From the NCBI GenBank assembly GCA_000004985.1, contig GG738868.1: a stretch of 64,000 bases of DNA, one strand, 5' to 3'. This DNA comes from Naegleria gruberi. Its lineage: Eukaryota. Shown piece after piece: positions 10,721-22,538 of this stretch. The translations under genes and the position numbers were made by a program. Position 1 is the first letter of the stretch; each line of letters opens with the position of its first letter. A model generated the notes under the pieces. It ran no database searches, had not been told where the DNA came from, and saw only the letters and a program-made list of their open reading frames with translations.

Positions 10721-13700
10721 ATGAAATTATTACATTGCTTGACATTTGTCATTCTTGTGGTGACATTGGTGTGTTCATCTCACCAACGTGAAATTATTTC
10801 ACTCTCATGTAGGTTTTGGTAGACTTTAATTTTTATTAACATGTCATGTTTAATATTTTTATATATTAATTTGCATCTGTCACTAATCAGGCAATGGTTA
10901 CATGCGTCTTTTGAAAGGATCTCTTCTAGAATCCAACATTAACATTGGTTTGGCCTATTCTGCTACTAATTATGCCATCGAACAAGCAAGATTAAGAGTT
11001 AATCAATGTCGTTGTCCATCAATTACTGAACGAAACTTCCAAAGACAATATGTTCCAGGTGTCGAAGGATTTTTATGGAATTCCATGAAGGGAAGAGCTG
11101 CTCTTGATACTTCATGTCCTGCACAATCTGATGCTCCTAATAACTGGATGCAAATGTCCAATTCTAAATATTTCGCACAAATTTCAAGTTGTAATTTGAA
11201 TGATGTTTCGAATGGTTCTCCATGTTTATTCTCACTTGCTCTTGGAAGTACTCAAATTCAAGTTGCTTTGGCTTCTTGTCCATCTGAAACAAGTGGAAAT
11301 CGTGCAACTTTTTCAATTCCACAACGTTTACCATATATTGCAATTCATTGTAAAGGTGATGATTGTGATAAGATTGGTTATCCTTGTCAACAAGATTCTG
11401 ATTGTGGTGGAAATAGTTTAACTTGTTGGGATGTTCCAAATAATGCTGGATATGGCTCAAATTTCCAATTTGGTTTTGGTTTCTTTTTTGCTGGAATTTA
11501 TAATCAATTCCAAACTTGTAAATCTCCAGAACAATTAATTGATTCATTGATGAAGACAATGTTGGCCAATCATTGGAGTCAAACTTCAACAAAGACCTAT
11601 ACTTCAATCAAGATGTGTGGTCCAAAGTTGGCACCAATTTTGAGTCCTGGAGCTAATGTACAAGCTACTTGTACTGCAAAGGTAGTTTCCAGAACTTTAT
11701 CCGAATCTCAAGAGACTCAACAAACTGCTGTAGTTCCAATGAGTGCTGATGTTGCTGCTCCTACTTCTGTTGTTACTGAAATTGCCATTCCACAAGCAAA
11801 GAGAACTGTTTCATCAGTCCAAGATTCTGTTTATTATTGTGGTGGTGTTGATTCCACATCTGCCTCTGTTTGTAGTGGAAATGGTTATTGTTCCCTCGTT
11901 GCTGGTAACATTGGTGTCTGTAAATGTAATTATGGTTATGCTGGTTCTTTGTGTTCTCAAGCAATTATGTGTGGTTCTTACAATTCTACTAATCCATCAG
12001 TTTGTAATGGACGTGGTTCTTGTCACACTATTGCTTATAATCCATTGAGTTATTGTTCATGTACTAAAGGATATACTGGAGCTCAATGTGAATATTCAGT
12101 CAGTTGTCCTAGTTGTCAAAATGGTGGTGTATGTGTCGCATCCTCAGGTGTTGTTGGTAAATGTCAATGTACTGGAACCAAATTTACTGGTGAGCTCTGT
12201 GAAAAACCTGTCACTTGTAATGGTATTGCTGCTACTAGCCCAGATGTCTGTTCTGGACATGGTTCTTGTGTTTTTGCCACTCCAAACTTTGAAGATGCTG
12301 CTACCACCTCCACTGAAGGTGTCTGTGTGTGTTATTATGATTATATTGGTCCAAGTTGTAATACCACAACATATAATCGTACATGTACCATTTCCTTGTC
12401 AAGTGTCTCTTCATGGGATGGTATTTTAGCTGATGGTTCAAATATTGTTGCTTCTGAAAAGAGAACTGCCTCAATCTCAGTTCCTGTTGATCCATTGTTC
12501 CCATCTTATGATACAAACAAGTATACTCTCATGTTGAAATATGATTGTAATGGAGTTTTGCAATTTGGTCCAAATTTGATGACAATTTACTCACCAAATA
12601 TTAATTACGGATCTACCACAATCGAAACTGTTGTTAATTCCATCTTTTCATGCAATAATGGATGGACAAGTGAATTGAGAAGAGTTTTGGTTCAACCTTA
12701 CAATGCTAAAGCTTGGTTGGCTTTACTTTCTTCCAATTCTAATACTTTCTCTGCTGGTTCTTGGACTATTTCACCAATGCAAAGAATTATTTCACTCCTT
12801 TCATTGAGTACTTTGAACGTTCAAATGCCATCCACTTGTACCTATTCAGATTATGAAACCAAAGGTTGTAGATTCACCTATACTAATCTCTTCTCATTAT
12901 TGGACAGTCAAATTAAAATCCACGTCCACACCTCTCGTTGTACAAACAATCCAGAAGGCATTCCAAACTTCTACCTCTTCTGTGAAGGTAATCTCTGTAA
13001 GCAATTATTGAATGCTCAAACATGTTCATCAGATGCTGATTGTGGAGATAACATTAAGTGTACTAATCCATTGAGTGATAATAATCTCAACGCCAACTTG
13101 TTGGATATTCTCTTCTTGGGTAATAGTAATGCTGGATGTGTCAATAATAATAATGAAACATTCTATAGACAAATTGGAGATGCTATGGATTATTCTATGG
13201 GAAGAACCAAAAAGTCCACAAATGATTTCAAGATTTGTTTCCCAAATGTCAATACAGTTTCTAATACTGCCAAGAATTGGGCTGATGCTTCTTATTCCAT
13301 TTCTGCTGGAACTATTACCTTGAAGGGATTGTTTGCATATGATGGTCCTTCACCAAGTTCTGTTGCTCCACCAACTGCCTTGAAGGTTTCAGATGTCACT
13401 GCTGCAGGTGCCACTTTCTCATGGACTGCTTCAGTAACTGCCGCAAGCTCAATAACTTATTCTTTGGTAATTAGAGATGCTGTTGGAACTCAAGTTGCTT
13501 CAGTTTCATCTATTTCTGGTACTAGCTATGTTCTTTCATCTGGTCTCTCACCAGTGACAACTTATACCGCCTATTTGACTGCTGTCATTCCAGCTAGTGG
13601 CTCAACTGCTGCTCAAGAATCTTCTGCTGTCTCTATTGAAGTTTCTACTACTGCTGGTTCATCAGGTGGTTCTAATAGAGTTCCAGGAGGTGTTGGTTCA

Positions 13701-14138
13701 ATTACAATTGTTGTCAAGATTGCTAGTCCAATTCCAAAGGGTGGCTCAATTACCCTCAGTTTACCAAATGGATATGTTGTCTCAATTGTTCAAAAGAGAG
13801 CAATTATGGCTTCAACAATTACTGTTACAGATGCTAGTGGAAGTGAAATTACTATTAGTAATGTTAATGTCAATGGCAACACCATCTCAGGAGCTGTGAG
13901 CTCTCAAGTTTCTGTTGGAAAGGTTTCTATTGCTTTAGGTTCTGTTAAAAATCCAGATACTGCCTCCACTTCAGCTTCATTTGGAAGTATTTCAACTGCA
14001 GATGCTTCAGGAAATGTGATTGAAAAGGTTACCATTTCATTACCACCAGTCAATTTTGCCACTGTTTCAGGATCTTTCATGATTAATTGTTCCTTGTTGA
14101 TTATTTCAATTTTGGCTGCATTCTTAATGATGCTTTAA
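10721..14138 (+). CDS. Secreted or GPI-anchored surface protein with multiple EGF-like Cys repeats and FN3-like modules, about 1100 aa. Exon 1 (10721-10787) encodes signal peptide MKLLHCLTFVILVVTLVCSSHQ. A 103-nt intron lies at 10788-10890 (GTGAAA..AATCAG, phase 1). Exon 2 is 10891-14138.
   Basis: EGF-like spacing (CSGNGYCS..CKCNYGYAGSLC, CNGRGSCH..CSCTKGYTGAQC, CQNGGVC..CQCTGTKFTGELC). FN3-like segment SDVTAAGATFSWTAS..YTAYLTAV. Hydrophobic C-terminus LLIISILAAFLMML. Exon 1 and exon 2 phases match (C + GC gives Arg). Confidence 0.65.
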
Positions 14139-14161
14139 TCAAATGAAAATAAATCATAAAT

Positions 14162-15100
14162 TTATTCGTCATCTTCCTCTTCACTCACATCATCAACTAA
14201 ACCCTCCAATTCACTCTCTGCATCGAAATCATCTGGTAAAAAACCAAAATTTGATAACCATTTAGTAAACCATCTAACACCATTATTGGATTCTCCAACA
14301 TATTCAGCTAGTGTTGATAAATTAGTCCTATTCACAACACTGTCAGAAATTATTTCCAACATGTTCTGCTGCTCATCATTTGAGGATATTAGAGATGGAA
14401 TTAGTACAGAAAGAGTGAGATCAAAATCATACGTTGTTGGATCATCAGTTGAATATTCAGTCCAACGAGAATTGCCACTTGCTGAAATTTCAAATTTAAA
14501 GAATTTGGGTTTCTTTGGAACAAAGTATAATCCCTCAATCAACTCAGTATCCAAATAGTAATGCGAAATATATTCCCTAATATTGTGGTAAGTTTTGTTA
14601 TTTGAAGTTTCTATACGTGGGTTTTTGGTAATGATATTGAAATCTTTTGAATGGTGAACGAGATCTTTTTTCGAAAAGTTGTAAGATTCATCATCAGAAC
14701 AATAATCAAACTGTACTGCTTTTGGTTGTCTATTTAGGGATCTAATCTTTAAAAATTCAATATCATCCTCATCCAATTCATCATTTTCAATTTTTAAATG
14801 TTCCAATGCAAGTTTCCACAAAACAGTTAAATTGTGAATACTCCCATTCCAAGTTTTACAACAATTTCGTGGTCCTTGTGCAATTCTTTCCAATGGATCC
14901 AAATACATTAAAATATGAAGAATAATTTCGTCCGGAATATTCGATAATAAATCAAGAATTATTCTTCCGCGAACCTTGTGGCAATGTTTAATCAGAGTTG
15001 CAATTTCTAAACAGGATAAACTTTCCACTTGTTCACAAAATTTAGTTATTTTGTTTGGAGGTGAAGAATCTTCATCATTAGAAGAATTTACTCGTTTCAT
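14162..15100 (-). CDS. F-box domain protein (312 aa) with an acidic C-terminus
   Basis: ATG start. F-box consensus LLSNIPDEIILHILMYLDPLERIAQGPRNCCKTWNG. Confidence 0.55.
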   Translation of the reverse strand: MKRVNSSNDEDSSPPNKITKFCEQVESLSCLEIATLIKHCHKVRGRIILDLLSNIPDEIILHILMYLDPLERIAQGPRNCCKTWNGSIHNLTVLWKLALEHLKIENDELDEDDIEFLKIRSLNRQPKAVQFDYCSDDESYNFSKKDLVHHSKDFNIITKNPRIETSNNKTYHNIREYISHYYLDTELIEGLYFVPKKPKFFKFEISASGNSRWTEYSTDDPTTYDFDLTLSVLIPSLISSNDEQQNMLEIISDSVVNRTNLSTLAEYVGESNNGVRWFTKWLSNFGFLPDDFDAESELEGLVDDVSEEEDDE

Positions 15101-15183
15101 TTTTTTTCTATTAGATTTTTCACATATCTACTACATAATCTCAATTCTCTAAATCAATGAATCGAATATTATTAGTTATTTCT

Positions 15184-18100
15184 TCATTCACCTGTATGCC
15201 TGACCAATCCATCACCAACCAATGATGTACCTTCAGTGATTTCATTCATTTCCTCATCAAACTTTGTTGCTTCAATAACTTCAGTATCAATTGGATTGAC
15301 ATGATACTTATCCTTCAAAAGATATGTTTTACATAGTCCTTTTCCTTTCACTTCCACCATTCTTTCTTCAAATTCCATACCTAAATCATAAACTCTTTCA
15401 TAGGTAGATCTGGAAATATGAATTCTTCCAGGTAATGAAGTTGATTCCATTCTTGAGGCAAAATTAATAGTATCTCCCCATAAATCCTGTTTGTTGAAAT
15501 CAATAATATTGAAAGGAAGTTCAACTTACGTAAGCAAACTTTTTCTTACCCAAAACTCCAGCAATAACACTTCCAGTATTTAAACCAATTCTAATATTGA
15601 CCTTCTTATTGTTTTCTTCGTTATATTTGTGAATTACAGAGAGAGTATCAATGGAGAAACGAAGAGAACGTTCTGGGTGATCTGATTGAGGATAATTATG
15701 AAGACCTCCCACACAAAAATATCTTTGTATGGCAATTGCAGTTAGTGAACTCAATTTTGATAAAAGACAACTTACGCATCCCCAATTGTTTTAATCTTTT
15801 CCAAATGATAAATCTCTGTCAAATCATCAAATGCATTCACAATAGCTCCTAGCATTTTGATGAGCTCACTTGGGTTCATTCCACTACTCAATTGAGTGAA
15901 ACCAACCCTTTAACATTTGTTATTAAAAAGAAATTCAACTACAAACTTACATATCCGAAAAGAAACAAGTAATATCTTGGAATTTTTCTGCAATTTCAGT
16001 TTCGCCTGATTTCAATTTGATGGCAACTGCTTCTGGAAGGATATTCCTAAGTAATATATCTGAATTCTTCTTTTCTTCATTGAGAAGATTATTCTGTTTC
16101 TTCTCCATAGTTATATCTTTGAAAAATCCAACAATAATTGTCTTTTTATCCTCATTCCTGGTAACAAACAGATTGAGGGAAGCTGGGAATCTTGTTTGAT
16201 TTTTTCTTACACAATCTACTTCATATAGCTCACCTCCTTGTGATTCCAAATACTTGTTTCTGTTATCTATGAATTGTTTCAACGCAGTTTCATGAGATGA
16301 GTCAAACAAATGTTGCATAGGTAATCCCATAACTTCAGACGGGTTCTTGGAGAACATCTTTTGAGCTGCATTGTTGAATAATAGGATTTCTGATTTTTCA
16401 TTTGCTATGAAAGCTCCATCAATCATTGATTGTAGAATATTACTAACTGCATCTGAACCTTTAACTGCAGAATTTGATTTCTTGAAATTCCACATGGGAA
16501 TAGTTTTGTAAAATACAAAGTTTTTAAACTCTTCATTAGATTCTATCCACTCTGATGGGACATATGCAAGGAAGGATCTAAGGATAGTCATCTCATTGTC
16601 AAACTCTGTTATGCATCTATAGAAGTACCATCCCAGTACTAGCATAGAAATTATAGTTATGCATAATACAATTATTGAGAGAGTTCTATTTGGGCTTTCA
16701 GTATATTTTACTATCAAATCTAAAAAGTGATTGATTCTAGTTGTAACAAAGTCATTCAAGTTGTAAAGATACAAAACATCATAAAATCTTTCAATGGTTT
16801 TCTTAGCATTTAGAGGATTGAATAAGTTCTCTGTGGCTTCTGCAGCTTTAACACAGAAAAACGTGATTAAATCAATGAGGCTTGTACAATTATTCATGTG
16901 CTCAGTAGTATTACAATTTGAACCAATTAACATTTCATCTATTTCATCAAAAATTCCTATTAGCTTGTCAGTATTATTTGATCCATATACTATTTGATTG
17001 TAACTTGAATGTAATATTTGCACGTGATCTCTATTTTCTAATCTGTATTGATCAGCAAGTGCACTAGTGACAACAGCTGGATGATTAACAGCTTTTCCAA
17101 GAGGTAGTACCTTATATGAAAATATTTCATTCAATCTTTGAGTCATTCTATTAGAAACTCTCACCATGTAACTGGCTAAATCAATGTTGAACATTGCTTG
17201 CTCTGCTTTGTCAGTATTATCTGAAAATTCATAATAAAACAAAACGATGGAAACTATTATCAAGACGCATATGATTAATCCAACAATTAAGGTCTTATTC
17301 TTTTCATTAGGCATTAACTGTTTGTCAAATTTTTTCATCTCATCATGTTTGGATTGCTTTTCCAAATCCTGATAAATGAAACCAGGAATGTCTTTTGGCA
17401 ATTTTTTGAACATGGAGAGTACAATAGAAAATATCTCCATTTCAATTCTTGATATTATTAAGAATGTCAAAAAAATTCCCAGTACAGAAATACCAATGCC
17501 AATAACAATATTGAGTAAGAGATTTCTAGTTTCATCGATAAAGGTCTTTTGGCTAACTTGCATCGATTTACAAAATGCTAAGAAAGCATCAGCACCTGTT
17601 CTTCTATTTTGATAAATATACATAAACTCATAACTACAATATTAATATTATAAATTTGAATTCTTCTTACCTCGTTACAACTTCATAAAATTTCATCTTT
17701 CCATTCATAACTGAATTTTCAATGTGTTCCAAAATGACGGAGTTTACTTCTCTTGTAGAAGCATATCTTTTAAAAATGTTAGTAAACTCTTTCCTTATTC
17801 CTGTATCGTTAGGGAGTGGAATATTGATAAGCTTATCTTCTATTGTAAAATCAGTAAACATTCCAGGTGTAAATACGCCTGAATTGGAGTTCTCCTCCAA
17901 CTTTCTTAACGCTTCTCTCTTTAGTTCAATCTTTTCCATAAAGGTGCTGTTGAACAATTGTATATTATCGTATTCTGTTGTATTAACCAATGGAAATGGA
18001 CTTTTTAAATCATCATAAAACTCCCAAACTATCTGAGCCATTCTCAAATTTCTAAATAAACCACCATAAGTACTCTGGATATAACATGAATCCTTAATAA

Positions 18101-20324
18101 GAGGAGATTTTGACAATAATGTTTGATAATAATTAGTTAATGCAAAACAAACAACCACCGTAGCAATACATAAGGAGAACATGAAAGCATAAGCAATTGT
18201 TCTTATTTTGGATTGGTAAGGAGAGCTGAGAGCATTTCGCAAAGCTTCTTCCTTTTTGTTCTCTGAGAGATTTTCTATTCCTTCAAAATCTTGTTTGCTT
18301 GTGAGAATTTCATCATCATCTTCTCTGAAGGCCTTTCTATCAACAGGGTAGATTCTCAAACTTGACCTTAAATTTCGTTTCAAGTTAGGTTGTTTGTAAT
18401 GCTTTGATTCCTCTTCTTCTAGAACTGTCGCTTCTTCAAACAGTTGACTTGATAAGTTCTTGTCCAACTTGATGGATTCCACATATTTAGCATAGTGCCG
18501 TATAACAGTTTTATCATGTGGGAAATTCTTCATCAAGATTCCGAAATTTTCATCACAATACCTAGTTAATTTTGCTGAAAGAGAGTTTAAATTGGCTAGC
18601 TTTGATGTATTTGGCCTTTCAATAGTAAGCTCTTTCCAGAATGCTTTATGAGCAATTTTGAGCTCCTCTTGTTTCTTTTCAAGAATAGAAATTGCATTCT
18701 TAATCTCTAATGTGTACCGACCTTGACATGACAAATTACTTTGATCTCTTTCAAATTGTTTCACTCTATAATGCATATTGAGAGTTTCCCAATAATTTCC
18801 TCCTAAACGAGATGCTTTCTTTAATAGATAAAGTGAAAAATTATACCTATTTGTATCATTCCATCTGTGTCCGATCATTATGGCTGAAGTTGTTATCAAC
18901 TTGGGATCATTAAACTGTTTCTTTGTGGAAATTCCCTTAATAAATGAAACCACCAATTCAATATCTTGTGCGGAAGAGCAAAATCTCAAAAACAATTTCA
19001 GTTGTCTTAGAGAATTTTCTAATGAAAGATAGATTTCGGCCGATTCTTTCTCTGTAGAATAAGAATCTTGTCGAGAATAGGAATTCCTACTAGCCATATG
19101 GCCAACAACAGCAGATGGAGATTTCATTATTGACCGTATTCTTCTCATGATTGATCTAGTGTAAATTTCTCCAATCAATACACCAATAATGGAGAAGATA
19201 AGTGACAATCCAAGAACTATTCCGAAAAACATTGCAATTCCCATCATGTCTTCCATTTTAGAATTCACCAATGATGATACCAACACTCCAATGCTAGCAC
19301 CAACTGAGCAAAGTGTACTTGCAAAATGGATAGTATTCTCAAATCTTCTGAAATAGGATAATGTATAAATTTGCACAACAGCCACAACCAATGAGAGAAT
19401 CATGTGTACTATTGATCTGATGTATAAGTATTGTGGTGGTATTACAAACATGAATAGAATTCTGAATAAAGTAACAGAGAATGTCACCATCGTAGAGAGT
19501 GAATCTTCACATTGAAATGGAAGAGAGGTTTTGAGATCATTGATTGGCAAGATGAATGTATAAATTGCTGAAAAGCAACACAGCACAATCATGCCAACCA
19601 GACTAATTACTATCAGGACAATATTATTCGCTCCATAACACGTCTTGGAAGGAAATCTCATCAAGGTATAATCATTCAAATTACAATCAATAAAACTAGA
19701 CATTACAAACATCATGAAAGGAGCCATCAATAACATTACAAATGAATAAATAATCATGTAAAAATCAAGCTTTTCCTTCTTCTCGGCAAAGAATGATCGG
19801 GTCTTGAGTACCATTAGGAAGGGCAATACCATCATCAAGACAATAAATAGAGCTATTAAGGCAATAAATAATTCATAGGGAGATCCTAGAGCATCAATAG
19901 ACAATGTGAGCGGGAAATTTAAAACCCTAGCAACCCAACCTCCATAGAACCCAAATGGTGCTACAATCCGTGATGATAAGGTAGAAGCTGTATAATCATT
20001 AGAGTAGTAGGTTGATGAAAAATTAATAATCCATCCAATGAACATGTAATGTAAATGTAACCAACCAAACAAGACATAATAGCTCCAACCCTTCATATGT
20101 GTATCCGATACCTTTAAATTCACTAAATATTGCATCAAACTAGCATTGAAAATTCTCCTCAAATTAGATATCAATCCAGATTGTGAATCACTTGATGATA
20201 AGGAAGATGTGGATGAGCTAAATGATAACTGAGAGGCTGTATTTGAATCCAAGTTATTGTAGTTATTCAGGGTACCACCTATTGTTGTGGAACCATCATG
20301 CGTAACAGAGAACGACTCGTTCAT
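15184..20324 (-). CDS. Large membrane-anchored PAS-domain class III nucleotidyl (adenylyl/guanylyl) cyclase, about 1654 aa. Exons: 20324-17671, 17633-15951, 15907-15776, 15722-15530, 15486-15184. Introns: 37, 43, 53 and 43 nt.
   Basis: Splicing reconstructs the cyclase catalytic core FSDM|VGFTQLSS..IKTIGDA|YFCVGGL..RIGLNTGSVIAGVLGKKKFAY|DLWGDTINFASRMESTSLPGRIHIS. All donors are AG|GTAAGT, AG|GTAAGA, GC|GTAAGT or AC|GTAAGT with AG acceptors, and all phases are consistent. PAS-like segment LLFNNAAQKMFSKNPSEVMGLPMQHLF. More than 10 predicted TM helices in the N-terminal 900 aa. Confidence 0.85.
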
Positions 20325-21254
20325 TTTCTACGTTTTTTTTAAGCTCCTCCAATTTAATAAGGCTGGTGGTTCGTGTTTGGTGGTGAGAATCTATGATGCA
20401 CTGTTTTTGGTTGTACAACATGACCGTATTGCCAAGAGCGAAAAGGCCTTTTAAAGATTGCTTTTGTATCACACTGGTGGTAATAATATTCATTTGCAAC
20501 AATGTAAATGTGAATAATTTACCAAGAAATTGTTTTCAAGAGAACACGTTCCGAAGAATAGGATTAATATTCATGATGCTTGTTTAATTAATTTTTTGAT
20601 AATAATTTATTATTACTTTACTATTTAATTACTTGACGAGTTTGAAAGGTGAGAACAATAAAAAATATTTTCAAACTCTTCATCAAAATCGTCTTCTTGT
20701 CAGTTGTGATTCACAGCAATACTTTATAGTTTTGAAAAACATTGAATACACAGCTTTCATATGGAAGCATCATGGTTGGATTTTAGAAGATTTTATCACC
20801 AATTACGGATTTTGGAAAGCAATTATTATATTTATAAAAACTTTTTGTGGATTCATGGCGTGAAACCTTCATTGAAAAGAGTAAACATCAAGAATACAAC
20901 AATGAAGTGGGTATGTTCATGTTAATTCAAGAGGATGTTCAGCAATAGTTATTAATTTTATTTTCATTGTAATCAACAGCATGTAGAACAAAAACAACAT
21001 CAATTCCTTGTTCTACACCATCAATTACATCACCCCAGAAAGTTCCAAAACTTTCCTTCAAGCAATAGTGAAGAGAGGGAGAAGATGAAAGTAAAATTAA
21101 TAAACATCATATATTTGGTTTATTTTCGTCATATTATCCAAATTCTTTAAAAAATATTTAAACTTTATCACAAATACTATCATCATTCAATATGATTAAT
21201 AAAACATATAATGGAATAACAACAACATGACCATTAAAACAGTATTAATAATTA

Positions 21255-22100
21255 TTATAATTTATACTTCCACACCATATTGATGGAACTGTGAGGCTTT
21301 GGAATTTTACCAGCGAACGGCCTAATAACTTGTCCATTCTCATCCTTCATCTCAAATTCATCATAGATAATTTTACTCTTGGTTGCAAATCCCAACTTGT
21401 AAAAGACTCTCCTCGAATATTCACCCGAACACTCAACAAAGGCTTGCTCATAGCCTTGTGATTTACATTGCTCGAGATGGGCTTCTGCCAAGTGGACCAT
21501 CAATCCCTTGGATGCATAGAAACCATAGGTTCCTGCAATACAGACATGAGCAATCTTTCCTACGTGTTCTGGTGTGATGAGTGTTTGAAGGTTGTGGGAT
21601 AGAGAACCAGTTTCTTGTGGAGGATTGGAAAAGTACTTGTCTAGTAATTGTCCAAGTAATGCATCAATTACTCTATACTTGTTAACATCATAATTTGGAC
21701 CGCTTAGCATACCCTTCACGAAATCTTCACTGTATACTGTGGCTACTACCATACCACTGTCTCTGTCTACAGCCACTGTTCCCAATCCTTGTTCACATGC
21801 AGTGCTTACCAAACTCTTTGCAAATGGATAGAAATCCATTGGTGAATAACCGAGAGCATTATTGACTGGTTCGCTCTGTGAGAAGGTTAAACTTGTGAGA
21901 ATGGTTGCTTGTTCTGCATAGTCTGGAGTTAATGGCTTGATAACACATCGACTAATATTTGCCTTTTGGAATGAAGCATTGAGGGATAATGAACATTTAG
22001 AGAAGACTCCCTTGTATGAGGTTTTATGCAAGAATCTATTTGACACAAGAAGGTGTTTGAACATTTTTCTTGGGATTGAATTCATTCTCTCTGCCCTCAT
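21255..22100 (-). CDS. GNAT-fold N-acetyltransferase-like protein (281 aa) with a basic N-terminal extension (possible organellar targeting)
   Basis: ATG start. C-terminal GNAT-like core HVCIAGTYGFYASKGLMVHLAEAHLEQCKSQGYEQAFVECSGEYSRRVFYKLGF. Confidence 0.45.
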   Translation of the reverse strand: MRAERMNSIPRKMFKHLLVSNRFLHKTSYKGVFSKCSLSLNASFQKANISRCVIKPLTPDYAEQATILTSLTFSQSEPVNNALGYSPMDFYPFAKSLVSTACEQGLGTVAVDRDSGMVVATVYSEDFVKGMLSGPNYDVNKYRVIDALLGQLLDKYFSNPPQETGSLSHNLQTLITPEHVGKIAHVCIAGTYGFYASKGLMVHLAEAHLEQCKSQGYEQAFVECSGEYSRRVFYKLGFATKSKIIYDEFEMKDENGQVIRPFAGKIPKPHSSINMVWKYKL

Positions 22101-22538
22101 GTAAAATTATCAAATAGATGTTATTATTATGGTGACGGAGTCTATAGATTTTTTAAGGATAAGACAAAAGAATGGAAATTTTCTCACCTGAATTCATTTG
22201 AAATTGTCCATGACCTTATTTACAATACCGAAAAGCGAGAAACATGCGCGGGAATCGGGGAAAGGACTCCTATTGAGAAATATGAGTGCAACGTTAATAG
22301 ACTATGAATCCCTGCATTTTCTTACCCCATTGGGGTAGTGTTAATTTCAAGGATTGGCGATAGTCACTTGTCAGTGAAGGGATGATGGTACTCAGAGAAT
22401 AAGGAAATTCCTTAAGGGGAGCATCTTAGAACCTACTGTACTGCAATTTGATTTTGTGTCCAGCCAATGGTCATTCCTCTCCAATACGGTAGCCCAATTT
22501 CAACAATATGTACCATGTTTGGGATATTTATTTGGTAA

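Noticed and set aside
11164-13899. Multiple antisense or out-of-frame ORFs of 60-150 aa inside the EGF/FN3 gene. The same occurs inside the cyclase, decarboxylase, SLC6 and K/A-rich genes (for example 49245-50257).
   Set aside because: They lie inside well-supported longer genes on the other strand or frame. They are low-complexity and lack ATG starts, which is typical overlap noise.
22324-22336. Near-palindrome ACCCCATTGGGGT in the GC-richer spacer between the decarboxylase and GNAT genes
   Set aside because: It is short with a single central base and lies in a 3' UTR or promoter region. I found no flanking structure suggesting an RNA gene or a repeated element.
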